DNA of 63,910 nt, the filler included, from an uncultured bacterium (GTDB lineage Bacteria; CAZSTA01): NCBI GenBank assembly GCA_964609495.1. It is 8 parts of 8 records of this genome, joined end to end, with 100 filler letters (N's around TTAATTAATTAA, not from the genome) between each part and the next. Parts side by side here need not be neighbours in the genome. Positions count along the whole stretch, not along the records: positions 25,512 to 33,800 come from CAZSTA010000168.1; positions 33,901 to 42,132 come from CAZSTA010000169.1; 6 more parts are not named here. One strand, given 5' to 3'. Position numbers and translations under genes: made by a program. Under the pieces are notes generated by a model, which made no database searches, was not told where the DNA came from, and was given only the letters and a program-made list of their open reading frames with translations. Below, in pieces: positions 29,217 to 42,020 of this stretch (position 1 is the first letter of the stretch; the number at the start of each line of letters is the position of its first letter).

Positions 29217-30923
29217 TTGGATGAAGAGGTGAAGTTTGAGCAGATGGTTGATAAGGACGATCTATCAAGGGAAGAGAACGAACAGTCAGAAACTGAGGAG
29301 GTGAAAACGGAGAAGGATTCGGAGTTTGAACCATCTACGGCGGAGGAAGATGAGATGGAGACTGAAGAAGAACTTCAGGAGGAAGTTATCCAGACAGAAG
29401 AAGATGTTGAGCAATCTGAGAGTGTAGAATCCAGCTTTCTTGCCTCGGGGGTGGAAGAGGAAGCGGAGACTCAGGAAGAACCTCAAGGGGAAGTTATCGA
29501 AGAAGATGAGGAAGAAGAGACTCCTCCCATAGTCGATTATGAGAGGACCTTTAAGGTCTTCAAGGAGGGCGAGATAATCAGAGGATCGATAGTCCAGATA
29601 GGCCTAGAGGAGGTTCTAGTGGATATAGGATATAAATCCGAGGGGATCGTCTCCATAAATGAGTTCAAGACCAAATCGGGAGATCTAGAGGACTGCGAAG
29701 TTGGCGAAGAATTAGATGTAATGATTGTGAGGGTCGAGGATGAGGAGGGCAACATGATCCTCTCGAAGCAACGAGCGGAATATGAGAAAGCCTGGCAGAT
29801 GCTCACCGAGGCTGATATTGAGGACAAGGTTATCGAGGGAGCTGTAGATAGGGTAGTCAAAGGGGGATTAATAGCAGATTTAGGTGATATCTCAGGCTTT
29901 ATTCCTGCCTCTCAAATAAGCCAGCGGAGAGAGAGTAATCTAGATAAGTATATAGGAGAGACCTTGCGACTGAAGGTCATCGAATTGGATAGAGGTAGAA
30001 ATAGAATAATCCTTTCTCGCCGAGTGGTATTGGAGGAGGATGAGACTCGTCGTAGGAATGAACTCTTCGCTAGTTTAGAGGAAGGACAGGTGAGAAAGGG
30101 TGTAGTAAAGAACTTAGCAGGATTTGGAGCCTTCGTTGATCTGGGCGGCATCGATGGTCTCATTCATATATCCGAGTTATCCTGGGGGAGAATTAGACAT
30201 CCTTCAGAGAAAGTCTCGGTAGGAGATGAGATTGAGGTCAAGGTCCTCTCAGTCGATGAGGAAAACGGAAGGATATCCCTCTCCTTGAAACAGATGGAGC
30301 CAGATCCTTGGAGCACCGCGGCGGAGAAATATCCAGTGGGTTCTATCATTATCGGAAAGGTGAAGAACATCGTGGACTTCGGCGCATTCATCGAGTTGGA
30401 GGAGGGATTAGAAGGGCTCCTCCCTATATCCGAGATGTCCTGGACTCAACGCTTGAATCATCCCTCGGAGATGATATCGAACGGAGATACGATCAAGGTG
30501 GTCGTTCTGGATATCAATCAGGATAGGAGGAGGATGTCACTTGGCTTAAAGCAAATAGAGCCCGATCCCTGGATGACGGTAGATGAGGAGTTTCCGGTAG
30601 GCTCGATAATAAAGGGTAGGATAGTTCGCTTGGTCAGCTTCGGAGCTTTCGTGGAGCTTAAACAGGGGGTAGAAGGTCTGATCCATATCTCTCAGCTATC
30701 TCAAGAGCGAGTGGAGAAGCCAGAGGATGTGGTCTCCGTAGGGCAAGAGGTTAAAGCTGAGGTGGTCAAGGTTTATCCCGCAGAGCGAAGGATAGATCTA
30801 AGCATCAAGAGAGTGGAGCAGGATGATTTAAAACAAGATATGCTTCAGTATCTACCTAACAAGGGTAAAGGTGATATGAAGTTGGGAGATCTAATCGGAG
30901 ATCTAAAGGATATAATAGGTTAG
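29217..30923 (+). CDS. rpsA: 30S ribosomal protein S1 (five S1 domains, ~105-aa acidic N-terminal extension)
   Basis: VDIGYKSEG, GFIPASQ, FGAFVDLGGIDGLIHISELSW and two further FGAF repeats; AGGAGGT RBS before the TTG start. Confidence 0.95.
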   Translation: MDEEVKFEQMVDKDDLSREENEQSETEEVKTEKDSEFEPSTAEEDEMETEEELQEEVIQTEEDVEQSESVESSFLASGVEEEAETQEEPQGEVIEEDEEEETPPIVDYERTFKVFKEGEIIRGSIVQIGLEEVLVDIGYKSEGIVSINEFKTKSGDLEDCEVGEELDVMIVRVEDEEGNMILSKQRAEYEKAWQMLTEADIEDKVIEGAVDRVVKGGLIADLGDISGFIPASQISQRRESNLDKYIGETLRLKVIELDRGRNRIILSRRVVLEEDETRRRNELFASLEEGQVRKGVVKNLAGFGAFVDLGGIDGLIHISELSWGRIRHPSEKVSVGDEIEVKVLSVDEENGRISLSLKQMEPDPWSTAAEKYPVGSIIIGKVKNIVDFGAFIELEEGLEGLLPISEMSWTQRLNHPSEMISNGDTIKVVVLDINQDRRRMSLGLKQIEPDPWMTVDEEFPVGSIIKGRIVRLVSFGAFVELKQGVEGLIHISQLSQERVEKPEDVVSVGQEVKAEVVKVYPAERRIDLSIKRVEQDDLKQDMLQYLPNKGKGDMKLGDLIGDLKDIIG

Positions 30924-30953
30924 TCCTTCGCAACTAGAGGAGAAGGTGCTGAG

Positions 30954-32294
30954 TTGAGGAGTTCTAAAGGAGTGGTCGTAGCAGCGGTAGCCAAGGGAAG
31001 TATCGCCAGCCGAGCGGGGATCGCGGTGGGAGATCACCTCCTCAGCATAGATGGTCAGTCTATAAAAGATATTATAGATTATAGATACCTCATCGCGGAA
31101 GAGGAGTTAGAATTATCTCTTTTAACTGAAGAGGGAAGAAGAAGGGTATCCATAGAGAAGGGTTATGATGAAGATCTGGGTATCTCCTTCGCTTCTCCCA
31201 CGATCGATCGCCTCAGGCGTTGCACGAACAGGTGTATATTCTGTTTCGTTGATCAACTTCCTCCCCATCTACGTTCTACTCTATACTTTAAGGATGAGGA
31301 TTACAGATTATCATTCTTAGAGGGTAGTTATATAACCCTTACGAGTATTACGAAGGCTGATCTGGAGCGAATAATAAGATTTCGCTTGAGTCCTCTATAT
31401 ATATCGGTTCATGCTACTGAAGGGAAGCTCAGGGAGATGATGATCGGTAATCCGAGAGCTTCTCTGATTAAGGAACAGTTGAGGTGTTTAACTGAGGCTG
31501 GGATCGAGCTTCATACTCAGGTGATAGTTTGTCCAGGGATAAATGATGGTTCTCATCTGGAGCGAACGATATCAGATCTCGTTTATCTATCTCCTCCCCA
31601 AATTCGTTCTCTAGCGATAGTTCCCGTGGGTTTGACCCGTTTCCGCCAAGGACTCTTTCCTCTGCGCAAGGTAAACAAGGAAGAAGCCGAAAGGATTATA
31701 GAGCAAGTATCCTCCTGGCAGAGATCTTTCAGACGAGAGTTGGGGTCGAATTTCGTCTTTTTGGCTGATGAATTCTACCTGATGGCTCAGGAGGATGTCC
31801 CAGATTATGAGCATTACGAGGACTTCCCCCAGGTAGAGAATGGAGTAGGGATAACTCGCCTATTCTCGGATGAGTGGAGGAAGGTGGAGAAGGAATTACC
31901 AGGCGAGATAGAGATGCCGATAAAAGTGGCGGTAGTTACTGGGGAGTCGGCAAGCGGTATCCTGAAGATGGTGGCTGATAGACTCAATCTTATCGCTGGG
32001 TTGGAGGTAGATCTTCTGGTGGTGAAGAATAGATTCTTTGGGGATACGGTTACCGTAGCTGGCCTCCTCACTGGTCAGGATATAGCGGAAGCCGCGAACG
32101 ATCGGGATTTAGGAGATCTGCTCTTGATACCAAAGGTAGCCCTGAAGAGAGATGAGGATATATTTTTAGATGATCTAAGCCTTGAGGATTTAGAAGGCAG
32201 GTTAAACTTATCTCCCCAGAGGAAGGGAAAAAAGGTGAAGGTGAGGGCAGTTCCTCCCACTCCTAGTGGATTGCTTCATTATTCGATAGGATAG
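30954..32294 (+). CDS. PDZ plus radical-SAM Fe-S protein (DUF512/TIGR03279)
   Basis: N-terminal PDZ; CTNRCIFCFVDQLP...RSTLYFKDEDYRLSFL; PQVENGVG; VTVAGLLTG. Confidence 0.9.
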   Translation: MRSSKGVVVAAVAKGSIASRAGIAVGDHLLSIDGQSIKDIIDYRYLIAEEELELSLLTEEGRRRVSIEKGYDEDLGISFASPTIDRLRRCTNRCIFCFVDQLPPHLRSTLYFKDEDYRLSFLEGSYITLTSITKADLERIIRFRLSPLYISVHATEGKLREMMIGNPRASLIKEQLRCLTEAGIELHTQVIVCPGINDGSHLERTISDLVYLSPPQIRSLAIVPVGLTRFRQGLFPLRKVNKEEAERIIEQVSSWQRSFRRELGSNFVFLADEFYLMAQEDVPDYEHYEDFPQVENGVGITRLFSDEWRKVEKELPGEIEMPIKVAVVTGESASGILKMVADRLNLIAGLEVDLLVVKNRFFGDTVTVAGLLTGQDIAEAANDRDLGDLLLIPKVALKRDEDIFLDDLSLEDLEGRLNLSPQRKGKKVKVRAVPPTPSGLLHYSIG

Positions 32295-32307
32295 TGGATT
32301 AAGAGCG

Positions 32308-33640
32308 ATGATAAAGACGATAAATAAACCGCTAGTAGCGATAGTAGGCAGACCCAACGTCGGTAAATCCACCCTCTTCAATCGTTTGATGGGCCGGAGC
32401 ATGGCGATAGTAGATGATCAGCCAGGGATAACCCGAGATCGTCTCTATGGCGATTGTGATTGGGCGGGAAGGGATTTCGTGCTCATCGACACAGGAGGGT
32501 TGGAGGGCGAGGTCTCCGATTCTCTGAAGGGAAGAGTTAAAGAACAGATAGAATTGGCGATAGCGGAGGCTGATCTCATACTTCTCCTAGTTGACGCGAT
32601 AGATGGATTAGTCGCTGATGATGTGGAGGCCGCTTCTTTGCTTCGTTCGAGTGGTAAGGAGATTCTCTTAGTTGTTAATAAGGCGGAGGGAGAGAGATTC
32701 GANNNNNNNNNNTTTCTACTCCCTCGGTTTAGGAGAGCCGTTTCCTATCTCAGCTATTCAGGGGATAGCGACAGGTGATCTTCTGGATGAGATAGTGGAG
32801 CGATTGCCCGAAGTTGAGGCGGAGGAGAAGGAGAGGGAAGCGATAAAGATAGCGGTAGTAGGAAGACCGAATGTTGGTAAATCATCGCTCGTTAATAAGA
32901 TACTGGGAGAAGAGAGAGTTATCGTTCATAGTTCTCCAGGAACCACCAGAGATACTATCGATACCTACCTCTCTCGAGATGGAAGGGAATTTATATTGAT
33001 CGATACTGCGGGAATAAGACGCCGAAAGAGGGTAGAGGAGGGAGTGGAGAAATATGGAGTGAATCGCTCTTTAAGAGCGATAGAGCGTTCTGATATAGCC
33101 CTATTGATGATCGATGCCACCGAGGGGGCGACCGATCAGGATCAACAGATAGCTAGATTTATAGATGAATCCGGAAAAGGATGTATAATCCTCGCTAATA
33201 AATGGGATTTAGTGGATAAGGATAGCTACACCGCTATATATTATGAGAAACAAATTGCGGAAAAATTTAATTTCTTGAATTCCTCTCCTATAGTCTTCAT
33301 CTCCGCTCTCACTGGGCAGAGGGTAGTGAAGATATTACCTCTGGTGGAAGCTGTAGCGGAGGAGAGAGCTCGTCGCATCTCAACTGGAACGCTCAACGAT
33401 TTCATAACCAAGGTGGTTGCTAGAAGACCGCCTCCTGTTCGGAGAAGGGGAAAGCGGGTTAAGATCTACTATGCAACTCAAGCCTCAGTAAATCCACCTA
33501 CTATCATCCTCTTTGTCAACGACCCGGAGCTATTGACCGAACCTTATAAAAGATATCTGATAAACCGATTGCGAGAGACTTATGGCTTCATAGGGACTCC
33601 GATAAGATTGGTGGCTAGGAAGAGCAAAGGGAGGGCTTGA
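32308..33640 (+). CDS. der: Ribosome biogenesis GTPase Der/EngA (one gene; apparent split caused by a 10-N gap)
   Basis: Two GRPNVGKS P-loops, DTGG/DTAG, NKA/NKWD and a KH-like C-terminus. The frame change coincides with the N gap at 32703-32712. Confidence 0.95.
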
Positions 33641-33713
33641 TCTCTAGAGATCAGAAATTTTCAGAAAAACTCTTGCCAAAACAGAAAATTTATGGTAAAA
33701 TAGAGAAGAAGGT

Positions 33714-33790
33714 CGGGGCGTGGCGCAGTCTGGTAGCGCACTAGCATGGGGGGCTAGTGGTCGCTGGTTCAAATCCAGTCGCCCCGACCA
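33714..33790 (+). tRNA. tRNA-Pro (GGG)
   Basis: Acceptor stem CGGGGCG/CGCCCCG, anticodon stem CTAGC/GCTAG with loop ATGGGGG, GTTCAAATC T-loop, encoded CCA; promoter TTGCCA-17 bp-TAAAAT at 33673-33701. Confidence 0.96.
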
Positions 33791-33913
33791 TTTCTATGCC
33801 NNNNNNNNNNNNNNNNNNNNNNNNNNNNNNNNNNNNNNNNNNNNTTAATTAATTAANNNNNNNNNNNNNNNNNNNNNNNNNNNNNNNNNNNNNNNNNNNN
33901 ATCGGGGGTATCA

Positions 33914-34130
33914 TATTCTTAGTTCTTCGTTAGGGAGTTAAAGACTAATTCCCCCCTCACCCTATCCCTCTCCCACGAGGGGAGAGGGGACGCTGAGATT
34001 GAACTAAAGCCCTTTATTTCCCCCTCCCTTGATGGGAGGGGGTTAGAGGGAGGGTGATAATTAACAAGATCTCTGATAGCCTTATTAATTCAGCAAAAAC
34101 CAAGATGGGAGGGGTTAGGGGAGTTCAAAA
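33914..34130 (+). repeat. Family-B core fused to the REP-doublet composite repeat
   Basis: TATTCTTAGTTCTTCGTTAGGGAGTTAAAGAC followed by a copy of the 22660-22800 repeat. Confidence 0.7.
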
Positions 34131-34304
34131 CCGCTAGCACAATATTCTACATACTTACTAAGTTTGACAGTTGGCTGAGGCCTACAGAATCAAGGATCTG
34201 AATTGAAGTCACCTTAAAATCTGCCGAATAAAGGGGGATGTTAACTCGATAAACCCAGCGAGTTCAACAAACCACCATAAAGAGGACCCTGGAGATGATC
34301 AAGA

Positions 34305-37181
34305 ATGTTTAAAAATATGAAGCTTAGCACCAAACTTTTGGTAGCTTTTTTGGCTGTGGGCATAATCCCCTTTGCCATTATTAGTGTTATCTCTCTAAGC
34401 CATTCCAATCGCACCCTTTTAGATCATTCTTTTGATCAGCTTCAAAGTGTGCGGGAAATCAAGAAAACCCAGATCGAAAGTTATTTTGCCGAGCGTAAGA
34501 GCGACATGGACGCTCTTATAGAACTCGTAGGAACGTTCAGGGAACAAGCCTTTGACAAGCTCAAGGCCGTGCAGACGATCAAAAAGAAGCAGATTGAAGA
34601 GTATTTCAATATAAGGCTGGTAGGCATATCGCTCCTATCGAATAACGATACCTTAGTGGTAGCGAGGGAGGCTTTTGAGCAAGCCTTTCACCTAGCTGGA
34701 GGCGAAGAGACGGGTGATACGCAATGGAACGCTGTTGCAGCCAAGTATGGTCCCTGGCTGGAGCAGTTCAAGGAGGAATTGGGCCTCTCCGACCTTCTCC
34801 TGATTACCAAAGATGGCGATGTGATTTACACCGTGGGCAGAGGGTCCAACCTGGGGCAGAATCTAATCGAGGGACCGTTGAAGGACAGTCCCCTTGGCAA
34901 GTGCTTCGAGAAAGCCCTGAACGGTTTGACGCTGGCCGATTTTGAACCCTATGCACCCCACAACAACGAACCCTCCGCCTTTATAGGTGCACCAATCAAG
35001 AAGGATGGTGAGACCGTCGGCGTGGTAGCGCTGGAGCTCTCCATTGATGGGATCAATGAGATCATGCCCGAGCGCACCAGCCTGGGCAGGACTGGAGAGA
35101 TCTACCTGGTGGGGCCTGACAAGCGCATGCGCTCCGCCTCTTTTTTGGATCCCGAAACCCATTTGGTCAAGGCTTCCTTTGCCGGCACCATTGAGGAAAA
35201 CGGCGTGGATACCAAAGCCAGCCGCGAAGCTCTTGCCGGAAAAAGTGGGGTTGAGGTGATGGAGAACTACAACGGCAAGCTGGTGCTTTCAGCATACGCT
35301 CCCCTCAAGATTCAGGATCTGAACTGGGCTATCATTGCCGAGATCGATATGGAGGAGGCCTTTGTCCCTGTGGACGAGGAAGGCAATGAATTTTTTGCCA
35401 GGTACAAGGAAAGATATGGTTACGACCTGCTCCTGACAGATTCGGCCGGCTATGTCTTCTATACGGTGGAAAAGGAGGCCGATTACCGGACCAACCTGGT
35501 CAGCGGCAAATACAGCAGCTCCAATCTAGGGAGACTTATCAGGCAGGTTTTGAATTCAAAACAGCTCAGCATGGTTGATTTTGAACCTTATGCGCCCAGC
35601 AATAACACGCTCTCTGCCTTTATCGCTCAGCCTTTGGTTCATGGTGAAAACATAGACGTCGTGTTAGCTCTCCAGATTCCCATTAAAGCGATCAATAGTA
35701 TCATCATGCAGCAGTATGAAGGTATGATTAAGACTGGGAAGATCTATCTGGTGGGTAGCGACAATCTCATACGCTCCGCTTCTTCTCCCGATCTCACTGA
35801 TCCCTCTTTTGCTAATCCAGACAAGGGTAGTATTGACANNNNNNNNNNCGATGCCAAGGTTATCAAGGATTACAGGGACAACCAGGTGCTTTCAGCTTAT
35901 ACCCCCTTGAAGGTGGAGGGTATAACCTGGGCTCTGTTGGCTGAAATCGATAAAGCAGAAGCCTTTGCTGTGGTCAATAAAGTAAAATGGATGATAGGTA
36001 TTATTGCTATCATCGGTGTTGCCGCCATCATTGCTATTGCCATTTTGATCACCCGTTCTATTACCCAGCCCTTTAAAGAGATATTCAAGGGATTGAAAAC
36101 CTTCAGCGTAATTGAATTCCAAGAAACCGGGGTAAACTTCAATAGAGTCATCGAGGGGATGAGCGAGAGCGCCGAGCAAGTCTTTTCAGCCTCGGACCAG
36201 ATGGCGCAGTCTAGCCAACAGATGGCCGGGAACGCCAATGAGCAGGCTTCAAGCCTCGAGGAAATCTCCTCCTCGCTCTATGAGATGGTCTCAATAACCA
36301 GACAGAACGCTAACAACACCAAGCAGGCCAACACGATGGCCGATAATGTGCGTAGCTCCGCTGAGCAGGTCAACATGGTGACTGGCGAAGTGCGCGTCTC
36401 TGCCGAGAGGAGCAGGGATGCTATGGTGCGGATGTCCGAGGCGGTTTCGAGGATCAAGACCTCCTCGGACGAGACAGCCAAGATCGTCAAGACGATCAAC
36501 GAGATCGCTTTCCAGACGAACATATTGGCTCTGAATGCGGCAATCGAGGCCGGTCACGCTGGGGACGCTGGCAGAGGGTTTGCGGTGGTAGCTGGAGAGG
36601 TTCGCAGATTGGCTCAACGTAGTGCCGAGGCGGCTGAGGATACCGCGGCGCTCATCGAGGAATCCCAGAAGAATGCTGAGAACGGTGTTGCGGTGTCGGG
36701 CGAGGTGGCGGACATCCTCAGGCAGATCATCGAGGGGATCCAGAAGGTGACGCGGCTCATCGGTGAGGTTTTCGCGGCTAGCGACGAGCAGGTGCGGCTC
36801 ATCAGCGAGGTCTCCGCTGCCAGCGACGAGCAGGCGCGGGGTATCGAACAGGTCAACATAGCAGTAGCCCAGATGGATGAGGTCACCCAGTCTAACGCAG
36901 CCAGCGCTGAGGAGATAGCCTCAGCTAGCGAGGAACTCTCTGCTCAGGCCAGGGAGCTCAATGAGATAGTCAGCGTCCTGTTGAGGATAGTGGGAGACAG
37001 CAAAGCAGATGAGAGCGGAGGAGGCTTAATGGAACATACCTTGGAGGACAAGCAAATTCGTATGGCACTGATCGAAGAGCGTAAGGACTTCCGTAGCCAA
37101 GTACACGAATTGCTTCACAGAGATGTCAAACCAGAGGAGGTCATTCCTCTGGAGGAAGATGAGGAATTTAAGGATTTCTAG
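34305..37181 (+). CDS. Methyl-accepting chemotaxis protein with repeated Cache-like periplasmic domains
   Basis: Two TM helices; duplicated DFEPYAP...SAFI and G-x-IYLVG modules; signalling hairpin [16 protein letters not shown]...[20 protein letters not shown]-terminal pentapeptide EFKDF. Confidence 0.93.
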   Translation: MFKNMKLSTKLLVAFLAVGIIPFAIISVISLSHSNRTLLDHSFDQLQSVREIKKTQIESYFAERKSDMDALIELVGTFREQAFDKLKAVQTIKKKQIEEYFNIRLVGISLLSNNDTLVVAREAFEQAFHLAGGEETGDTQWNAVAAKYGPWLEQFKEELGLSDLLLITKDGDVIYTVGRGSNLGQNLIEGPLKDSPLGKCFEKALNGLTLADFEPYAPHNNEPSAFIGAPIKKDGETVGVVALELSIDGINEIMPERTSLGRTGEIYLVGPDKRMRSASFLDPETHLVKASFAGTIEENGVDTKASREALAGKSGVEVMENYNGKLVLSAYAPLKIQDLNWAIIAEIDMEEAFVPVDEEGNEFFARYKERYGYDLLLTDSAGYVFYTVEKEADYRTNLVSGKYSSSNLGRLIRQVLNSKQLSMVDFEPYAPSNNTLSAFIAQPLVHGENIDVVLALQIPIKAINSIIMQQYEGMIKTGKIYLVGSDNLIRSASSPDLTDPSFANPDKGSIDXXXXDAKVIKDYRDNQVLSAYTPLKVEGITWALLAEIDKAEAFAVVNKVKWMIGIIAIIGVAAIIAIAILITRSITQPFKEIFKGLKTFSVIEFQETGVNFNRVIEGMSESAEQVFSASDQMAQSSQQMAGNANEQASSLEEISSSLYEMVSITRQNANNTKQANTMADNVRSSAEQVNMVTGEVRVSAERSRDAMVRMSEAVSRIKTSSDETAKIVKTINEIAFQTNILALNAAIEAGHAGDAGRGFAVVAGEVRRLAQRSAEAAEDTAALIEESQKNAENGVAVSGEVADILRQIIEGIQKVTRLIGEVFAASDEQVRLISEVSAASDEQARGIEQVNIAVAQMDEVTQSNAASAEEIASASEELSAQARELNEIVSVLLRIVGDSKADESGGGLMEHTLEDKQIRMALIEERKDFRSQVHELLHRDVKPEEVIPLEEDEEFKDF

Positions 37182-37252
37182 GTAGAAAGATCAATCACCG
37201 ACTTTCTGATACCGGGGTTGAGCAATGTAGTGGTGCTCAAAGTTCATAGGAT

Positions 37253-38056
37253 ATGGACAAAGCGACGTTCGACAAACTTAGAAAGATCATATATGAGAAG
37301 AGTGGCATCTCATTGAGAGCAGATAAGGAGGCTCTGGTCTGTGCGCGGATTGGCAAACGGATGCGCTCCCTCGGTATCCATGACTACCGAACCTATCTCT
37401 GGTACGTGATGCAGGACAAGAGCGGAGAGGAGACCATTTACCTGATTGATGCCATCTCGACTAATGTGACGGGCTTCTTCCGTGAAGCCGATCATTTCGA
37501 CTTCCTGAGAGAAGCCGTCTCGGAGTGGTTGGCTCAAGGACAGAGGCGATTCCGGTTCTGGTCGGCAGCCTGCTCGACTGGAGAAGAACCCTACTCGCTC
37601 GCCATGACGCTCCTTGAGACTGTCAACAACCCAAACATAGATATAAAGATTCTCGCCACGGATATCTCCACGCGCGCTCTGGATAAGTGCCGGAGGGGAA
37701 CATACGATGAAGAGAGGATGGAGCCTGTTCCTCCAGCTCTCAGGGAAAGTTACTTCGATCGGCATCGCGATGAGCAGGGCATCTACTACACGGCTAAGGG
37801 TGCTCTGAAGAATTTAATCGTCTTCAAGCGGCTCAACCTATCCACCCCGCCGTTTCCCATGCGCGGCCCGCTTGATGCGATCTTCTGCCGTAATGTAATG
37901 ATCTACTTCGACGACAATGTCCGGATAAATCTCCTCGCTGATATGTATCGCCTTCTCAAGCCTAGTGGATATCTGATGGTTGGTCACGCCGAGAGTTTGA
38001 CGGACATAGTGAGCGATTTCAAGGCTGTGAAGCCATCGATATACGTCAAGAGATAA
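37253..38056 (+). CDS. cheR: Chemotaxis protein-glutamate methyltransferase
   Basis: STNVTGFFRE, WSAACSTGEEPYS, ATDIS, IFCRNVMIYFD and GHAESL motifs. Confidence 0.96.
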   Translation: MDKATFDKLRKIIYEKSGISLRADKEALVCARIGKRMRSLGIHDYRTYLWYVMQDKSGEETIYLIDAISTNVTGFFREADHFDFLREAVSEWLAQGQRRFRFWSAACSTGEEPYSLAMTLLETVNNPNIDIKILATDISTRALDKCRRGTYDEERMEPVPPALRESYFDRHRDEQGIYYTAKGALKNLIVFKRLNLSTPPFPMRGPLDAIFCRNVMIYFDDNVRINLLADMYRLLKPSGYLMVGHAESLTDIVSDFKAVKPSIYVKR

Positions 38057-38133
38057 GGGGTGAGCACATCTTTGCCAGGCTGTCAAATATGGAGCGAAAG
38101 GCAGAAAGCTTCTGTCGTAATGGAGCGTAAAAC

Positions 38134-38606
38134 GTGAACCACACCGTTGGCATATCGGAGATGAAGATCTCGAACCAGGTGGATGATGTTCTGGTCACCT
38201 ACTTCCTTGGTTCATGTATTGGGCTATCGCTCTACGACCCTATCGTCCACGTTGGTGGCTTGATCCACTGCATGCTGCCGCTGTCGAAGATCGATCCTGT
38301 GAAGGCAAAGTCCAATCCTCAGATGTTCATCGACACCGGGGTGCCTGCCCTCCTGCAAGCCGTCTTCGAGCTGGGTGCCGAGAGAAGGCGCCTGGTAGCT
38401 AAGGTAGCCGGCGCCGCGATGTTGCTCGACGATAAAAGACTGTTCAAAATCGGGGAGCGGAACTACACCGTCCTGCGAAAGCTCCTCCGGAAGAACAACA
38501 TCTCGATTGCCGCGGAAGACGTCGGTGGGATGATCACGCGGACGATGTATCTATACATAGCGACAGGACGAACCATCATCAAGTCAGGGGGATGGGAGAC
38601 GGAACT

Positions 38607-38610
<4 letters not shown>
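38134..38610 (+). CDS. cheD: Chemoreceptor glutamine deamidase
   Basis: LGSCIG, GGLIHCMLP, IGERN and AEDVGG motifs. Confidence 0.93.
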
Positions 38611-39923
<1,313 letters not shown>

Positions 39924-40113
39924 GGCAGGGGATACAAGACGCTCTCCCACAACGCCTCCTTTCAGATCATCCGAGAGCCTTATTCACAGTACCCATCTCC
40001 AGATGATGACCAAGTTCGGCCACGCGTTCTCTCATCGAGTTTCTTGACAATAAGTTCATTAGTCCTAGAATACGATATATTTAACTAAACTTGTGAGGAG
40101 GATATAGATATAT

Positions 40114-40575
40114 ATGCAGATAGTAGTCATCGGAGCAGCAATTTGTGGATTAAGAGTCTCAGCCATAGCTGAGCGGGTGGGTTTTCTTCTGGCTAAGGAG
40201 GGAGCCATTTTAATTTGCGGAGGTCTGGGAGGAGTTATGGAGGCCGCCGCGCGAGGAGCTAAAAACGCAGGAGGTACTACCATTGGGATCCTCCCAGGTT
40301 TCTCTGCAAGTGAGGCTAATGATTATATAGATGTAAAGATAGTGACCGGATTAGGTCACGCTTGCAATGTTTTGGTAGTTCGCTCGGCAGATGCAATCAT
40401 CGCTATATCTGGAGGATATGGAACTCTTTCGGAGATAGCTTTGGCTTTGAAGATGGGTGTTCCGGTGATCGGATTGGATACCTGGGAGCTTGAGGAAAAC
40501 TTGATAGAGGTAGCTCGAGATCCAGAAGACGCGGTGCAAAAAGCGATAAATGTTGCAATAGGGGGATTTATATGA
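40114..40575 (+). CDS. TIGR00725 / LOG-SLOG family protein
   Basis: CGGLGGVMEAAARGA, TIGILPG and GGYGTLSEIALA motifs. Confidence 0.88.
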   Translation: MQIVVIGAAICGLRVSAIAERVGFLLAKEGAILICGGLGGVMEAAARGAKNAGGTTIGILPGFSASEANDYIDVKIVTGLGHACNVLVVRSADAIIAISGGYGTLSEIALALKMGVPVIGLDTWELEENLIEVARDPEDAVQKAINVAIGGFI

Positions 40576-41276
40576 GGAGATATCGAGCGATCTTCTTCGA
40601 TATGGGAGGCACCTTAGTCCACGTGGATGTTGGAAAATCTTTAGCCCTTCTGGGTGCTAAATATGGCTTGGAATTTGATGAGGAGAAGGTTAGAGATGCC
40701 TGGGAAAAAGCGAATGAACACTTCAGGGATGATTATATCAATAGCTTCCCTTATATGTCAAATGAGGAAATATACAATTTTACCTTGGAATTTAATGAAT
40801 TTGTTCTAAGGTCGCTTGGGATAGAGGATAATTTAAGGTTTTATGCTCTTAAAATATATGAAGAGCTTGACGAATTCATAGAATTAATCACCTTTCCAGA
40901 GGTCGAGGAGGTATTAAGTTATCTCGAACAAAAGGGATATATTCTCGGTATAATATCGAATTGGAGCGATATTCTAAGTGAATGTTGTTCCAGGTTGGGC
41001 CTCTCTCGTTACTTCAATTTCATCTTATCTTCGGCTGTAGAGCGAGCGCAGAAGCCCGATCCCGTTATCTTCCAACGAGCATTAGCTCTAGCTGGAGTTA
41101 AGCCTGAGGAGGCTATTCATATAGGAGATTTCTACGAGGCAGATGTATTAGGAGCTAGAGAGGTGGGAATAACTCCAGTTCTCATAGATAGAGATAGTCG
41201 ATATGATGACGAGTTGGATTGCGTAAAGATTAAATCCTTGACTGAGCTTAAGGGTATTCTCAATGAAGATCTATAA
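40572..41276 (+). CDS. HAD-IA family hydrolase (REG-2-like)
   Basis: FFDMGGTL, IISNW, KPDPVIF and HIGDFYEADVLGA motifs. Confidence 0.9.
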   Translation: MRRYRAIFFDMGGTLVHVDVGKSLALLGAKYGLEFDEEKVRDAWEKANEHFRDDYINSFPYMSNEEIYNFTLEFNEFVLRSLGIEDNLRFYALKIYEELDEFIELITFPEVEEVLSYLEQKGYILGIISNWSDILSECCSRLGLSRYFNFILSSAVERAQKPDPVIFQRALALAGVKPEEAIHIGDFYEADVLGAREVGITPVLIDRDSRYDDELDCVKIKSLTELKGILNEDL

Positions 41277-41303
41277 GCGACTAGAGGGAGAGGTCATAGG
41301 ATA

Positions 41304-42020
41304 ATGAAGTATAAAGCGATATTTTTCGATATGGGGCACACCTTAGCATATAGGGAGCCTCCTCGAGAGGACATCTTCGCCCTTATATGTGCCAAATATG
41401 GCTTGGAAAATCTTGATAAGGATAGACTTAGAAAGGCTTTCCCTATCTCCGAGGAATATTTTGAGCTTAACTATTCGGAGAGATGGGATTTGATCTCCGA
41501 GGAGGAGAGAGAGAAAGTCTACTTAGAGTTGAATAGGATGATCTTACGAGAGGCAGGAGTTGATGAGGATAAGATCAACTTTCTTGCCACTAAAATACAT
41601 GAGGAATTCAAGAATTATCGGAGGTGGGTGGCTTTTCCTGATGCTAAACAGGTTTTGGCAGAGCTTGAGAGAGACGGATATATCTTAGGAATGGTATCGA
41701 ATTGGGACCGGAATTTACCAATATTATGTGAGGAGTTGGGATTAGCAGATCATCTGAGATTCATCTTAGCTTCCCGAATAGAGGGGGTTAGAAAGCCCAA
41801 TCCCGTTATCTTCCAACGAGCGTTAGCTCTAGCTGGAGTTAAGCCCGAGGAAGCCCTTCATCTAGGAGATTCTTATAGAGCAGATGTAATTGGAGCGAGA
41901 GAGGTGGGGATCACTCCAGTGCTTATAGATAGAGATAGTCGATATGATGACGAGTTAGATTGCATAAAGATCGAATCTTTGAGAGAACTGAGGAGTGTAT
42001 TGAACAGGGTCACATCGTAG
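41304..42020 (+). CDS. HAD-IA family hydrolase (REG-2-like), tandem paralog
   Basis: FFDMGHTL, VSNWD, KPNPVIF and HLGDSYRADVIGA motifs. Confidence 0.9.
   Translation: MKYKAIFFDMGHTLAYREPPREDIFALICAKYGLENLDKDRLRKAFPISEEYFELNYSERWDLISEEEREKVYLELNRMILREAGVDEDKINFLATKIHEEFKNYRRWVAFPDAKQVLAELERDGYILGMVSNWDRNLPILCEELGLADHLRFILASRIEGVRKPNPVIFQRALALAGVKPEEALHLGDSYRADVIGAREVGITPVLIDRDSRYDDELDCIKIESLRELRSVLNRVTS

Noticed and set aside
32672-32778. Apparent frameshift splitting der
   Set aside because: Coincides with a 10-N gap of uncertain length in an essential gene; assembly artefact.
33791-33800. Contig break right after tRNA-Pro as a possible integration site
   Set aside because: Only 10 bp are visible, with no integrase or att duplication.
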